Source: a bacterium (lineage in GTDB: Bacteria; SAR324; JACQKK01). From it: 64,000 nucleotides of DNA. Made by a program: the position numbers and the translations under genes. Shown here piece after piece: positions 1-10,312 of this stretch (position 1 is its first letter; each line of letters starts with the position of its first letter). Below the pieces are notes generated by a model. It searched no databases. It was not told the origin of the DNA and saw only the letters and a list, made by a program, of their open reading frames with translations. The stretch is from contig OZ252237.1 in assembly GCA_965249525.1 (NCBI GenBank), positions 1,241,470 through 1,305,469 of the forward strand. Direction: 5' to 3'.

Positions 1-110
1 TGGGACAGAGAGAAACGCCAACTGCCAGATGCAGCTTGACGGGGAGTGGTGCTTTGAGTGGTGTTAAGCACTCTTTGAACTTGTTTGAGAAATGTGCTTA
101 TGAACTGCAT
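1..110 (-). CDS. 5' end of a further CARDB/RCC1-type lipoprotein paralog, running out of the window
   Basis: 1-176 is identical to 2433-2608; ATG at 110 gives MQFISTFLKQVQ..., the same leader as the 185-2542 gene. Confidence 0.7.
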   Translation of the reverse strand, partial: MQFISTFLKQVQRVLNTTQSTTPRQAASGSWRFSLS

Positions 111-176
111 GATTATCTTCATTGGAAACTTTATGTATGGATGATGAATGATGGCAGCTGTCACATAGCAAAGACA
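1..176. repeat. Direct repeat, second copy at 2433-2608 (period 2432 bp)
   Basis: Base-by-base identity from tgggacagag to aagaca. Confidence 0.95.
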
Positions 177-184
177 TGCCAGGC

Positions 185-2542
185 TTATTCAAACGACACG
201 CTTACGGGGGCGTTGCTGTTAGTGGTGCTGCCGTCACCCAGCTGTCTATTAATGTTGTACCCCCAGCACTTGGCAATTCCCAGGTGCAGCGCACAAGTGT
301 GGAAACTCCCTACTGAGATGGCAGTGACATCGCTAGTCAGCCCCCTCACCTGCACGGGAACAAGGCGTCTAGTGGTGCTGCCGTCGCCCAGACTTCCACT
401 GCTGTTACTTCCCCAGCACTTGGCGGCACCATTATGAAGCGCACAAGTGTGAAACACTCCCGCTGAGATGGCAGTGACATCGCTAGTCAGCCCTGTGACC
501 TGCGTGGGAGTGAAGCTGTTAGTGTTGCTGCTGTCGCCCAGCTGTCCCTTGTGGTTCCACCCCCAGCACTTGGCGGCACCATTGTGAAGCGCACAAGAGT
601 GAGAAGCCCCTGCTGAGATGGCAGTCACTCCGCTGGTCAGCCCTGAAACCTGTACGGGGGTATTGCTGGTAGTGGTGCTGCCGTCGCCCAGCTGGCCTTG
701 GTTGTTATATCCCCAGCACTTGGCGGCGCCATTGTGAATGGCACAAGTGTACCTAGACCCTGCTGAGATGGCAGTGACATCGCTAGTCAGCCCTGTGACC
801 TGCACAGGGGTACGGCGGTTATTGTCCACCCTGTCATCCTCAGGGGTATCTGGATCATCTTCGGTAATGGTGCGGGTGCCGTCGCCCAGCCGTCCATCTT
901 CGTTTTCCCCCCAGCACTTGGCGGCACCATTGTGAATGGCACAAGTGTGCTCATCCCCCGCTGAGATGACAGTGACATCGCTAGTCAGCCCTGAAACCTG
1001 TACGGGGGTATTGCGTTGAGTGTTGCTGCCGTCGCCCAGCCGTCCATCGCCGTTCTGCCCCCAGCACTTGGCGGCCCCTGTGCTGCTAAGGATGGCACAA
1101 GTGTGATCCCCTGCTGAGATGGCAGAGACCCCGCTGGTCAGCCCTGAAACCTGTACGGGGGTATTGCGTTGAGTGTTGCTGCCGTCGCCCAGCCGTCCAT
1201 CGCCGTTCCACCCCCAGCACTTGGCGGCCCCTGTGCTGCTAAGGATGGCACAAGTGTGCAAACCCCCTGCTGAGATGGCACTGGCAGATTCTCCCACCGC
1301 TACCTGAACCGCAACAGAGCAGTCATTGGCACTGTTACTGTCATCATCATGCGAAACACAGGCACCATAGTAGTAAACGCCAGCAGTGGATGGTGAGGTA
1401 GTGCTGAAACTTTGGTCTGTGGAGTCGCCTGAGCTGATAGTTGGCAGCGTTTCGCTGCCAAGTCTAGTATCACTATTACTAATGGTGTCGTCTGTGGATC
1501 GGTAATAGACGAGGGTGCCCCCGGAGGCTGCCGTGAGGTCGCCAGTATTTCTCACTTCAACACTGACAGTCAATTCTCTACCGCTAAGTATTACATTGGT
1601 GCTTACCGCAGGGTCTCTCACCTGCAAGTCTGGCCGCGCCACTTCTACTTCAATTCCTGTGGAACAATCGTTGCTGGGATTGGCATCATCAGCATGTGAA
1701 ATACAGGCACCATAGTAGTAAGTTCCCTCAGTATCAGGTGCGGTAATGGTGATACTTTGGGGGCTGCTGCCACTGCTGCTGATTGCTGCCAGAATCCTGA
1801 GGCTTTCAAAATCATCTGCGCTGGTGATGGCAGCATCGTTTGAACGGTAATAGGTAATAGTGCTGCTGCTGGCAGCATTTGCTGTACCTGAATTATACAC
1901 AGTGATGGAGAAGGTGAAGGCTGCTCCAGGCGGCACGGCATCGGGGACTGCAGAAGCTGAACGCAAACTGAGGTCTGGGGTGGGTACTGTTACAACCTTT
2001 ACACTAGCAGCACTGGAACAGATGATAGTGCCACTGCTGTTATCATCATGTGAAACACAGGCACCGTAATAGTAAGTGCCAGTAGCAGCAGGTACGGTAA
2101 TCTCGGCGCTTTGAGAAAGGCTGCTGCCCTGGGCGATTGCTGGTAGACTGCCGAAGCCCACAGAAGTATCTGTGCTGGTGATGGTGGCATCGTCTGAGCG
2201 ATAGTAGGTAATGCTGCCGCCGCTGGCTGCCTCGGCGGTACCCTCATTGGTGATGGTAACCGAGAGGGTAATAGGGGTGGACACCACTGGCGAAGATGGG
2301 TTTGCCGAAGGGGTTGAGATTGTTAAATTGGGTGCGGTTGCGGGGGTGCTGCCGCCGCCTCCACCTCCGCCTCCTCCCCCGCCGCAGCTGGTCAGCACCA
2401 GTACCACTGGCAGCAGCATGACCAGCCAACCCTGGGACAGAGAGAAACGCCAACTGCCAGATGCAGCTTGACGGGGAGTGGTGCTTTGAGTGGTGTTAAG
2501 CACTCTTTGAACTTGTTTGAGAAATGTGCTTATGAACTGCAT
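185..2542 (-). CDS. Lipoprotein with 3 CARDB-like Ig domains and a 7-blade RCC1/BLIP-II propeller
   Basis: Lipobox LTSC + poly-Gly; three P(D/N)L...TVxNxG...YYYGAC units; seven ISxGxxH(T/S)CA...KCWG...G(R/Q)LG repeats. Start set to MQFIS by analogy with MQSIS at 29406 and because the ORF-track start (2629) abuts the promoter. Confidence 0.85.
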   Translation of the reverse strand: MQFISTFLKQVQRVLNTTQSTTPRQAASGSWRFSLSQGWLVMLLPVVLVLTSCGGGGGGGGGGGSTPATAPNLTISTPSANPSSPVVSTPITLSVTITNEGTAEAASGGSITYYRSDDATITSTDTSVGFGSLPAIAQGSSLSQSAEITVPAATGTYYYGACVSHDDNSSGTIICSSAASVKVVTVPTPDLSLRSASAVPDAVPPGAAFTFSITVYNSGTANAASSSTITYYRSNDAAITSADDFESLRILAAISSSGSSPQSITITAPDTEGTYYYGACISHADDANPSNDCSTGIEVEVARPDLQVRDPAVSTNVILSGRELTVSVEVRNTGDLTAASGGTLVYYRSTDDTISNSDTRLGSETLPTISSGDSTDQSFSTTSPSTAGVYYYGACVSHDDDSNSANDCSVAVQVAVGESASAISAGGLHTCAILSSTGAAKCWGWNGDGRLGDGSNTQRNTPVQVSGLTSGVSAISAGDHTCAILSSTGAAKCWGQNGDGRLGDGSNTQRNTPVQVSGLTSDVTVISAGDEHTCAIHNGAAKCWGENEDGRLGDGTRTITEDDPDTPEDDRVDNNRRTPVQVTGLTSDVTAISAGSRYTCAIHNGAAKCWGYNNQGQLGDGSTTTSNTPVQVSGLTSGVTAISAGASHSCALHNGAAKCWGWNHKGQLGDSSNTNSFTPTQVTGLTSDVTAISAGVFHTCALHNGAAKCWGSNSSGSLGDGSTTRRLVPVQVRGLTSDVTAISVGSFHTCALHLGIAKCWGYNINRQLGDGSTTNSNAPVSVSFE

Positions 2543-2631
2543 GATTATCTTCATTGGAAACTTTATGTATGGATGATGAATGATGGCAGCTGTCACATAG
2601 CAAAGACAGTCTGGTTGCAAGTTTTGCACAC

Positions 2632-2660
2632 ATGGTAGGTTTTTTGGAACAACCTGTCAA
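2632..2660 (-). promoter_or_regulatory. Sigma70-type promoter TTGACA-N17-TACCAT
   Basis: Minus strand TTGACA (2660-2655), 17-bp spacer, TACCAT (2637-2632); TTGACAGG also precedes the other two CARDB-RCC1 genes. Confidence 0.65.
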
Positions 2661-2684
2661 TATTTATTTTAGGTTCTTTTATTT

Positions 2685-3896
2685 TCAGAGATGGGGGGTG
2701 GGGTGTGTGGGGAGTGTGGTTTGGGGGGGTTTGTAGCGGCCGATGTTCAGCAGCAGCCCTGTTGCCAGCAAATGGATGATGAGTGCGCTGCCGCCGTAGC
2801 TAATTAAGGGAAGCGGCAAGCCTTTGGTGGGAATCAAGCCCATCACCACGGACAGATTCATCAGTATTTGCACAGAGAACAGGCAGGCAATCCCATAGGC
2901 AAGATGGCGACCGAAGCCGTCTGAGGTGCGCAATGCCAAGCGAAAGGCGCGCCACAACAAAATGGCGAACAATACCATCACCCCCCACACGCCCAGCAAG
3001 CCTAGTTCCTCTCCCACAATAGAGAAAATGAAATCGGTGTGGGCATCGGGGAGGAAGAACATTTTTTGCTGGCTGTTTCCCAGCCCGCGACCCTGCCAGC
3101 CGCCTCCTCCAAAAGCCAGATAGCTTTGTACAATTTGAAAGCCAGAGTCCAATCGGTCTGACCAAGGGTCTAAAAAAGCCAGCAGTCTGCGCAAACGATA
3201 GGATTGACCCAGCACCAACCAGGTGGCTATCAGGGTTAAGCCTGCCATGCCCAGCAGCAGATGACCCAGTTTTCCTCCACCAGCAAACACCATCAATATC
3301 AGCACCAAGGCAATCAGCATCATACTGCCAAAGTCTGGCTGCAGCAGCACCAATAGTAGAAACAGGCTTGCCAATAATAAATTGGGCGCAATGCCCCGCA
3401 GAAACTGTGTGATGCGTTCGGGACATCTATCCAGATAGGAGGCCAGGTGCATCACCAACACCACTTTCAGCAGTTCCACTGGTTGAAAGCCCAGCGGACC
3501 CAGGCGCAGCCAACGACGCGCACCACCGGCTTCATGACCAATGCCGGGAATGAGTACCAACACCAGCGGTATCAAGGCTGCCAGCAGCATGAGCGGAATC
3601 CAGGGGCGCAATTGGTAATAAGGCACACGCATCACCAGCCAGAGTACTATCAAGCCCAGAATCAAATGCAGCAGATGATTGTACAACAGTGTCAGACTGC
3701 TTCCATACAGACGTTCGGACAAGGGCGCACTGGCACTGTATATCATCAGTGCGCCTATCATGGTTAGCAAAAGGGTGACACCTAATAGAACCAGGTCATA
3801 CCCCTGTTGGCGTTGCCACAGCAATTTGCGGTGCAGATAGGTGAACAGAACAGTCATCAGGGGGCCTCCTTGCCCGATGCTAGAATATAGAGACAA
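2685..3896 (-). CDS. ftsW: Putative lipid II flippase / peptidoglycan polymerase FtsW (SEDS family)
   Basis: GARRWLRLG, FQPVELLK, QPDFGS, PDAHTDFIFSIVGEELG, PTKGLPLPLISYGGS; true start may be ~3857. Confidence 0.93.
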   Translation of the reverse strand: MSLYSSIGQGGPLMTVLFTYLHRKLLWQRQQGYDLVLLGVTLLLTMIGALMIYSASAPLSERLYGSSLTLLYNHLLHLILGLIVLWLVMRVPYYQLRPWIPLMLLAALIPLVLVLIPGIGHEAGGARRWLRLGPLGFQPVELLKVVLVMHLASYLDRCPERITQFLRGIAPNLLLASLFLLLVLLQPDFGSMMLIALVLILMVFAGGGKLGHLLLGMAGLTLIATWLVLGQSYRLRRLLAFLDPWSDRLDSGFQIVQSYLAFGGGGWQGRGLGNSQQKMFFLPDAHTDFIFSIVGEELGLLGVWGVMVLFAILLWRAFRLALRTSDGFGRHLAYGIACLFSVQILMNLSVVMGLIPTKGLPLPLISYGGSALIIHLLATGLLLNIGRYKPPQTTLPTHPTPHL

Positions 3897-3900
3897 GCAG

Positions 3901-5388
3901 CTAAAGATTGCTGGCTGCGAGTGTTGGGCTGCCTTTTTCTGCTGCTGTTTTCAGCAGCGGACAGTCCACACAGCGACGCAGCCAGCTGCATGGCATCCTT
4001 TGACAACCCACTTTAACACCTTGCATAGCCAACACAAAACGTTCCATGTGTGATGAACGCGCTCCCTTAAAACCAATCACGCAGTCTGGTGCATCTAAAT
4101 TGTGCAAGGTTTGTATCAGCTCGTCTTGTGAGGCAATGCTGGCTACTTGGGTTTGGGGGGCAGCAGCTTTTAGGCTGGCAGCAAAGCCTGTTTCCTGTGG
4201 TTCATAGACCAGACAGCCTGTTACGGTTCCTGGTAGTTGTTTGGCTATCAGTTCAACGCTTTCTTTCAGGTCTTCTTCCAATTCGCTTAAAGGACCCAAT
4301 ACCAGAATCTTACGAGGTTCAGGACGCAGCTTCAAGGTTTGGGCCAGCGCAGCAATGGTTTCTGGGCTGGCGTTATAGGTATCATCTATCAGCATGGCGT
4401 GCTTGGCGCTTTTGGCTAGCTGCAGGCGACCTGGTTGTTGGGGGGCCCAGCCGTCGGCTTGCTGGACACAGTGGTCGGGCAGGTTCAAGGCGCGGCATAC
4501 GCCCCAGGCTGCCAGCAACGGCAGTGCCCCGAACGGACCGAGAATGCCTGCCTGCAAAGAGAGTTTGCTTTGTTGATGAACAGCAGTGAATTGTTGGCAG
4601 CCTTGGTGATTGTATTGGAGGTTGGTAACGGAGAAATCACCCTGTTCCAAGCCAAAGCTTTGGATGCAGCTATCGGGAGGACACAGGCTGCGGGCAAGTT
4701 TTCCCAGACGGGGGTCATGGCTGCCCCACAGGGCGGTTCCTACTGGCTGCAGATGTTGAAACAATTCGGTCTTGGTTTGGTAGATGGCTTGCTGGCTGCC
4801 GAATACGCCTAGGTGGGCATGACCAACATTGAGCAGCACCCCCACCTTTGGCGGTGCAATGCTGCACAGAAAGGCAATGTCCCCCTTTTTGCGGGCGGAG
4901 AATTCCAACACCACTGCGTCATGGCTGCCATTGAGTGCCAGCAGGCTGAGCGGTACACCAATTTCGTTATTCAGCGAACCGGGGGTTTTCAGCAGCTTCA
5001 AGTCGGCTGCTAAGACATGTGCAATTACTTCTTTGGCAGTGGTTTTGCCGTGACTGCCGGTGATAGCCACCACTTGGGGACGGTGCAGTTTGATGAGACC
5101 TCTTGCCATATCGGCAAGTGCGGTTTGTACATCTTTGGTTTGTAAAATAGCGCCTTTGAATGTCGGCAGATGGACGGGGCGGTCGGCGATAATCAGCTTT
5201 ACCGATGAGCCCATCAGCTGGGGGAGGTAGTCATGACCATCGCCGCCGACTCCACGCAGGGCGAAGAACATTTGGGCCTTGTTCAACTTGCGGGTATCGT
5301 GGGCTGCGCCATCAAGTGCTTGGTGGGGCTGGCTTGGCGGCTGCTGCCAGTGTCCGCAGGAGAAGGTTTTTGCCTGGGCGGGGGTCAT
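3901..5388 (-). CDS. murF: UDP-N-acetylmuramoyl-tripeptide--D-Ala-D-Ala ligase
   Basis: VVAITGSHGKTTAKE P-loop, NNEIGVPLSLL, DDTYNASPE. Confidence 0.9.
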   Translation of the reverse strand: MTPAQAKTFSCGHWQQPPSQPHQALDGAAHDTRKLNKAQMFFALRGVGGDGHDYLPQLMGSSVKLIIADRPVHLPTFKGAILQTKDVQTALADMARGLIKLHRPQVVAITGSHGKTTAKEVIAHVLAADLKLLKTPGSLNNEIGVPLSLLALNGSHDAVVLEFSARKKGDIAFLCSIAPPKVGVLLNVGHAHLGVFGSQQAIYQTKTELFQHLQPVGTALWGSHDPRLGKLARSLCPPDSCIQSFGLEQGDFSVTNLQYNHQGCQQFTAVHQQSKLSLQAGILGPFGALPLLAAWGVCRALNLPDHCVQQADGWAPQQPGRLQLAKSAKHAMLIDDTYNASPETIAALAQTLKLRPEPRKILVLGPLSELEEDLKESVELIAKQLPGTVTGCLVYEPQETGFAASLKAAAPQTQVASIASQDELIQTLHNLDAPDCVIGFKGARSSHMERFVLAMQGVKVGCQRMPCSWLRRCVDCPLLKTAAEKGSPTLAASNL

Positions 5389-6077
5389 GGCAAAGCCGTC
5401 TGACTAGAAGGAGAGGAACGCTGCCAAAGCACAAATCCATAAATGCCCGCAGCCAGCAAAAACAAATAAAGATAAGCGAAAAGCCGCGTATCCAGTCCCC
5501 GAATAGACAGCAGCAAATCATACCCGCCATGCAGCAAGGCAGCTACCAGCAGCCCGAGTAACATCATCAAGTATTTGGTGCGCCAGTGAACTTTCTGTGC
5601 GCTGATGGCGATGCCGATGCCCAAAGGGATGCTGAAGAGTGCATGCGCAGGTACAGTCAACACACTGCGCATCAGCAGTACAGGTGTACCAAAGCGCTGC
5701 AGATAAAACAAATTTTCTACCACGGCAAAACCAACAGCCACAGCCATGGCAGCCAGGATGGCATGAGAGATGACCAGGGTGCGGAAAGGACGGAACACTA
5801 GCAGCAGTACCAGCCATTTAGCAAATTCCTCATTTAACCCCACGCAGATTCCCCAAAAGATGCTGCGATGCCAAGGGTTGACAGCGTTAGCCCAAAACAG
5901 GGTTTCCCGTTCAATCATGTTGTTGAGTATCAAGGCCAGGAATGCTGAGGCTGCCCCGCCCAGAACCAGCCAAACCAGCAAGATGTTGCTGCGTCCCTGC
6001 CAGCCCCCCAGTCTGATAAACAGCCACAGCATCAATATGGCAGGCGCAAGTGCTATGGTAAACAGCCAGAAATTCAA
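5385..6077 (-). CDS. PrsW-family intramembrane metalloprotease
   Basis: EEFAK, GFAVVEN, HALFS and H(GG)YD motifs in a multi-TM protein. Confidence 0.8.
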   Translation of the reverse strand: MNFWLFTIALAPAILMLWLFIRLGGWQGRSNILLVWLVLGGAASAFLALILNNMIERETLFWANAVNPWHRSIFWGICVGLNEEFAKWLVLLLVFRPFRTLVISHAILAAMAVAVGFAVVENLFYLQRFGTPVLLMRSVLTVPAHALFSIPLGIGIAISAQKVHWRTKYLMMLLGLLVAALLHGGYDLLLSIRGLDTRLFAYLYLFLLAAGIYGFVLWQRSSPSSQTALP

Positions 6078-7423
6078 TTAAGCCCCCTGGTCTCCATGTT
6101 TTCCAGCAAGTGCTGGGCAATTTTCTGCCATTGGGGACCCAAGGCTGCATCACGCTGGGCTGCCTGTATGGTGTCTTTCGCCAGAGTGAAATTACCAGCT
6201 TCTACTGCCAGCAAGCCCAGCATTAACCGCGCCAAGGGCCAGCGCGAGGGATGATCACGCAGCATCTCTTGCAGATCTTTCACCCCGCCTCGCAGCACTT
6301 CATCTCCAGGGAATTGCTTGGTTACCCACAGATACCGCGCATAGGCTTGCTGATAGCTTCCTTGTGCTAGTAAAACCAACGCCAAATTCAGGTGCACATA
6401 ATACAATCCGTTGTCCAAACCCAAGGCCTGACGGCTGTAAAAATCGGCTTCTGCATAGTTGCCCAATACATAGTTGACCCATCCCAAATTCCCCAAGGCA
6501 TAAGAACTATGCACACGGCGGATAACTTCCTGATAGGCATGGGCTGCCTTGTGCATATAAACAGTCTGATAGGTTGCCAAGCCGTCGGGCTGCCGCTGGT
6601 AGCCTCGGTCATAATGCACATTGGCCAGGGTATGATACAACTCTGCCAGATTGCCAACATCGCGCGTGCGCACAAGACCTTCTTCTATCACGCGCACAGC
6701 TTCATCATATTCACCAGCATTGCGACTAAGACCGCTGCCGGCAATCACATGGTGGTCAATTAAGGGTGTGTTGGTTTGTAAAGGACCCCAACGACCGTAG
6801 CGGCGCAGCAAGTTCTCCCAACGTTTATCCAAGCTGCGTCTAGCCAAAGTCTGACCCTTGGCTGCGTTCTCTGTCTGACTGCCGCCCTTGGCAAAACGGC
6901 GTTTCAATTGATTCCACCAGCGGCTCATATCCGTACGAGGCCCCTGCTGTGGCTGCGGTCTGCCGTTGTTTAACAAATTTTCCCACCAGGATGAATCAGC
7001 AGCAGCTTGCCCCCCAGACAAACCGAACACCAACGGCTGGGCAGGGCGTGGAAATGCCAGTGTTAACACCAAATACACCGCCAAAACAGAAGCCAACACC
7101 CCCACAATTGCCAAGCGATGGGCATGGCGATGGCGATAGGTCCCTGCCTGTCGCCACCAAGCAGCTGCACGGCGGAATTCTTGCAAAGCTGCCTGCCCTG
7201 CCTGCCGTTTGAGATGTTCATTGGCTGCTGCATAGTGCGTCAAGGCTTTTGCTTCCGCCTGGTTTTCAGAAGTGCTACGGGTGAGGAAAGACAGCTTGCG
7301 CCTGCCCCACCATTTCCAACGGCTGCCAGATGTGCCGGCAGGTCGCTGAGGATTTCGCTTAAAAAGAAATGGTGCCATTGACTGCCTTAGCAAAAAGAGA
7401 AATCTCAGCACAGAAGCTGCCAT
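6074..7423 (-). CDS. Membrane-anchored tetratricopeptide-repeat protein
   Basis: One TM segment (LAIVGVLASVLAVYLVLTL) and TPR-like helices (ALGNLGWVNYVLGNYAEA, HLNLALVLLAQGSYQQA). Confidence 0.7.
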   Translation of the reverse strand: MAASVLRFLFLLRQSMAPFLFKRNPQRPAGTSGSRWKWWGRRKLSFLTRSTSENQAEAKALTHYAAANEHLKRQAGQAALQEFRRAAAWWRQAGTYRHRHAHRLAIVGVLASVLAVYLVLTLAFPRPAQPLVFGLSGGQAAADSSWWENLLNNGRPQPQQGPRTDMSRWWNQLKRRFAKGGSQTENAAKGQTLARRSLDKRWENLLRRYGRWGPLQTNTPLIDHHVIAGSGLSRNAGEYDEAVRVIEEGLVRTRDVGNLAELYHTLANVHYDRGYQRQPDGLATYQTVYMHKAAHAYQEVIRRVHSSYALGNLGWVNYVLGNYAEADFYSRQALGLDNGLYYVHLNLALVLLAQGSYQQAYARYLWVTKQFPGDEVLRGGVKDLQEMLRDHPSRWPLARLMLGLLAVEAGNFTLAKDTIQAAQRDAALGPQWQKIAQHLLENMETRGLN

Positions 7424-7539
7424 AAAAAAAGTATCGCATTTCCATTGTGGCGTAAAAGCCAGGGGCTGTCCAATCTATGATGGATGGCGTTTGCTGGAAG
7501 TGGGCAGTCAAGTTTCCTCGGTCAAGGAATGTGGGGGTG

Positions 7540-8175
7540 CTATTGCGGACGAAAGGCAGCGGTGCCGCCAAAGCCGTTGCAGAATTCCATGGGATGGTCT
7601 TGATGGCGAGGCATCCAGCCGACTTCTACGCCTTGTGAACGCAGTTGGTCGCGCACTTGGTGAAAACGGGCGAAGCTGTTGGGGGTGACCCAGAAGAAAT
7701 AGATATACTCTGCTGGAGGATGGCGCAAGCTGGCGCGCTGCCAGTTGGAGTTTGGGGATTGTGCCTGCTCCCAGCTTTCTCCGAGGGTGTTTTTGGGGGT
7801 GATTTCCAGGCAGTAGATTTGGTTGGTGACGGGGAAAAAGTTGATGTTGAGTTGGTTGTCGGGAATGTTGAGTTTGAGAGGCTGTGAGGAGGAGGGTCTT
7901 TGAGCGAGTTCCAGATAAAAGGGTTTGAGGTCTAGGTAGTGCAGTTTGTTGTTGTGCAAGGAGAACAGGGCGAATTTTTTATCAGAGGGGTGCGACCAGG
8001 GCAGCTTCAGCAGGCGCTGCTGGGTGGGGGCGGGGGGCAGCTGGGCGGTGGAGTGTTGCGCCAGCAAGGCCATGAAGGCAGCCAGAATAACTAGAACACC
8101 CACACTGTTGGAAACAATATCCACCAGGGAATCCAAGCCCGGTTCGATTAAGTTTTTGCGGCGAGATCTTTTCAT
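7540..8175 (-). CDS. Membrane-anchored hypothetical protein, ExbD/TolR-like topology
   Basis: N-terminal LDSLVDIVSNSVGVLVILAAF anchor; co-oriented with a MotA/ExbB gene. Confidence 0.6.
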   Translation of the reverse strand: MKRSRRKNLIEPGLDSLVDIVSNSVGVLVILAAFMALLAQHSTAQLPPAPTQQRLLKLPWSHPSDKKFALFSLHNNKLHYLDLKPFYLELAQRPSSSQPLKLNIPDNQLNINFFPVTNQIYCLEITPKNTLGESWEQAQSPNSNWQRASLRHPPAEYIYFFWVTPNSFARFHQVRDQLRSQGVEVGWMPRHQDHPMEFCNGFGGTAAFRPQ

Positions 8176-8177
8176 GC

Positions 8178-8918
8178 TTATGGTGTGGTTTGCGGGGAAA
8201 GCAGATAGGCGTTGGATTGAACCTTCGGCTGAAACTCTTGGTATGGAATTTCCCAGTCTGGAGGCAGTGGTTCCACCCCGATGGCCAAGCGGGTGGATTG
8301 TTCTAGCAGTTGGGAGGCAAGTTCATAGGTGTCAATGCCATTGGTGCGTACCAGCAGGATAGGATATTGCTGGATGCGTTCGGCACGGTTTTCGCCGCTG
8401 AGATTGCTGAGTTCCAGCTGGTGCAGCCAGGCGACAAAGCCCTGCTGAAAAGACGGCTGCTGGGGGATCAGACGTTTTAGTGCCAGCCATACTTGATCTC
8501 TGGAAGTGGTTGGTCCCAGTTCTTGGACAATTTTTTCAATCAGGTTATTGAGGGTGTTGACTTCTGTGCGCAGTTCTTCTATGGAAAAGCGTTGGGAGGG
8601 GATGTCCTTGCTGGCATGCAGCCATAGTGCTTCCTTGCGACATTCCAGCAGCAGCGGACGCACATATGGCGGTGCGCCCACCAGCTGTATTTCTGCTTGA
8701 ACGCGCGGGGAGACAGCACCAGAGGTTTGCAGCAATGCCAAAACCGCAGCCAAAAAAGACAGCACCCCCATGGCACCCAGCTGCACACTGAGAAAAGGAA
8801 ACAGTGAAAAACCCGGCTGACGCATAGGACTTATTCCATGGGGGATGAAGATGGGTGTTCGGTGCCTATGAAGGCCTGTTTCCTGCTGCCAGACATTGGC
8901 GGGTGAGTCCGTCCTCAC
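8178..8918 (-). CDS. Membrane-anchored hypothetical protein, ExbD-like partner (probable start 8825)
   Basis: FSLFPFLSVQLGAMGVLSFL anchor; operon spacing of 2-14 bp with neighbours. Confidence 0.6.
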   Translation of the reverse strand: MRTDSPANVWQQETGLHRHRTPIFIPHGISPMRQPGFSLFPFLSVQLGAMGVLSFLAAVLALLQTSGAVSPRVQAEIQLVGAPPYVRPLLLECRKEALWLHASKDIPSQRFSIEELRTEVNTLNNLIEKIVQELGPTTSRDQVWLALKRLIPQQPSFQQGFVAWLHQLELSNLSGENRAERIQQYPILLVRTNGIDTYELASQLLEQSTRLAIGVEPLPPDWEIPYQEFQPKVQSNAYLLSPQTTP

Positions 8919-8932
8919 CCTAGTTTGCGTGA

Positions 8933-10183
8933 CTATTCATCTTCATGGGGTTTGCTGGGGCTGGTTTTGCTGGGGCTGGGTTTGCTGGGGCTGGGTTTGC
9001 TGGGGCTGGTTTCGCTGGCAGCAACCTTGGCTGCTGTGGTTTGAGGCGCACTGTCGGCGCTTTTGCTGGGAGTACCAGCAGCTTTCTTGGGAGCATTTTG
9101 CTTCAGCAGACGCTCGGTGAATTGTCGCACCAGCGGTTGCAAACCTGTCAGCTGATGGTGTATGGTCTCGGTTTGGGTAGAAAGGTTTTTGACCAGCGGA
9201 TTCAATTCGCTGACCCAAGTTTGCGACAGCTGAGTCAACTGACGCAGGTGTGCCTGATAATTCTCATCTACGGGAATGCTAGAACTCACCTGCAGGTGTG
9301 GCAGAATGTGTTCCAAGCAGTATTCTTCCAACTCTATCAGTAATTCTTCCTCGTTTTTTTGTAAAAACGAAGACAGCATCATCACTGGCACCACCAGCAC
9401 CAATGCCAAAAAGGTGGTGTTAAACGCTATCGCCAAGCCGCCGGTCACCCCGCCCAGCGCACTGCGCATTTCATCCCCTAAGGAACTGGAGTCGCCGCTG
9501 TTTTCAATAAACACAGCAAATTGTCCCACCGCTTCTCCAATGCCCAGCACCGTACCAATAAAACCTAGAATAGGAATCGCCCAAATGAACACACGCAAGG
9601 CAGCATAACTGAGCTCCAGCTTTTTTAATTCCAGTTCGGCTTGGGAAGCCATGAAAGCAGTGAGACTCTCTTTGTTGGTTACCGATGGCTGATGCAGCAG
9701 CAAGCGTTCAATAAGTCTCCAGGCTGTAGAACGCAGCAGTTTTTTTTGGCGGCGCTGCTGCTGCTGCAAACGCTGTAATATTTCTTGCGCCTGCCAGGGT
9801 TGAATGCCCATGCGAAATATCTCTTGCGTCTTGGCTGAAAGCAGCTGCTTCTGCAGACGGTTTTCCTGGCGAAAGCGCTGGTACTTAAACCCCAGTAAAA
9901 AAAGCGAACACAGGGTAAAACCCAAAATCACTGCCGACACACGGTTTTGAAACAGTGCCAGCAGGCTGGCTTTGTCTATGAGAGGCAGCGGAAAAACTTC
10001 ATAAAAGACAGCCGTAAAAAGTATGGCAAGAAAAGCTGCCTTTAAGAGGTCAGCAGCACCCTGGGGGCGTCGAAGCAACGCAAAGGGTTTGCCCACAGCC
10101 TTTTGGTCATGATCTGCAGAAGAAGATTTTAAAGGAGACATCAGCAAACGCAGCCAGCAAGAACTTATGAAAAACGACAGCAC
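8933..10183 (-). CDS. MotA/TolQ/ExbB proton-channel family protein with low-complexity C-terminus
   Basis: IPILGFIGTVLGI...LAIAFNTTFLAL motif. Confidence 0.85.
   Translation of the reverse strand: MLSFFISSCWLRLLMSPLKSSSADHDQKAVGKPFALLRRPQGAADLLKAAFLAILFTAVFYEVFPLPLIDKASLLALFQNRVSAVILGFTLCSLFLLGFKYQRFRQENRLQKQLLSAKTQEIFRMGIQPWQAQEILQRLQQQQRRQKKLLRSTAWRLIERLLLHQPSVTNKESLTAFMASQAELELKKLELSYAALRVFIWAIPILGFIGTVLGIGEAVGQFAVFIENSGDSSSLGDEMRSALGGVTGGLAIAFNTTFLALVLVVPVMMLSSFLQKNEEELLIELEEYCLEHILPHLQVSSSIPVDENYQAHLRQLTQLSQTWVSELNPLVKNLSTQTETIHHQLTGLQPLVRQFTERLLKQNAPKKAAGTPSKSADSAPQTTAAKVAASETSPSKPSPSKPSPSKTSPSKPHEDE
8949..9018. repeat. 15-bp tandem repeat x~4.5 (PSKPS)
   Basis: ggtttgctggggctg units. 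Confidence 0.9.
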
Positions 10184-10312
10184 ACCCCAACATAACTATC
10201 GCTAAGTATAACTATACCCCCAACCATAACCTGCCACCAGCCCCATACGCAATACACCCCACTAACCCACTCCCCTGGGCTATGCTGTTGGGTTTCACCA
10301 ATGGTGCTGATG

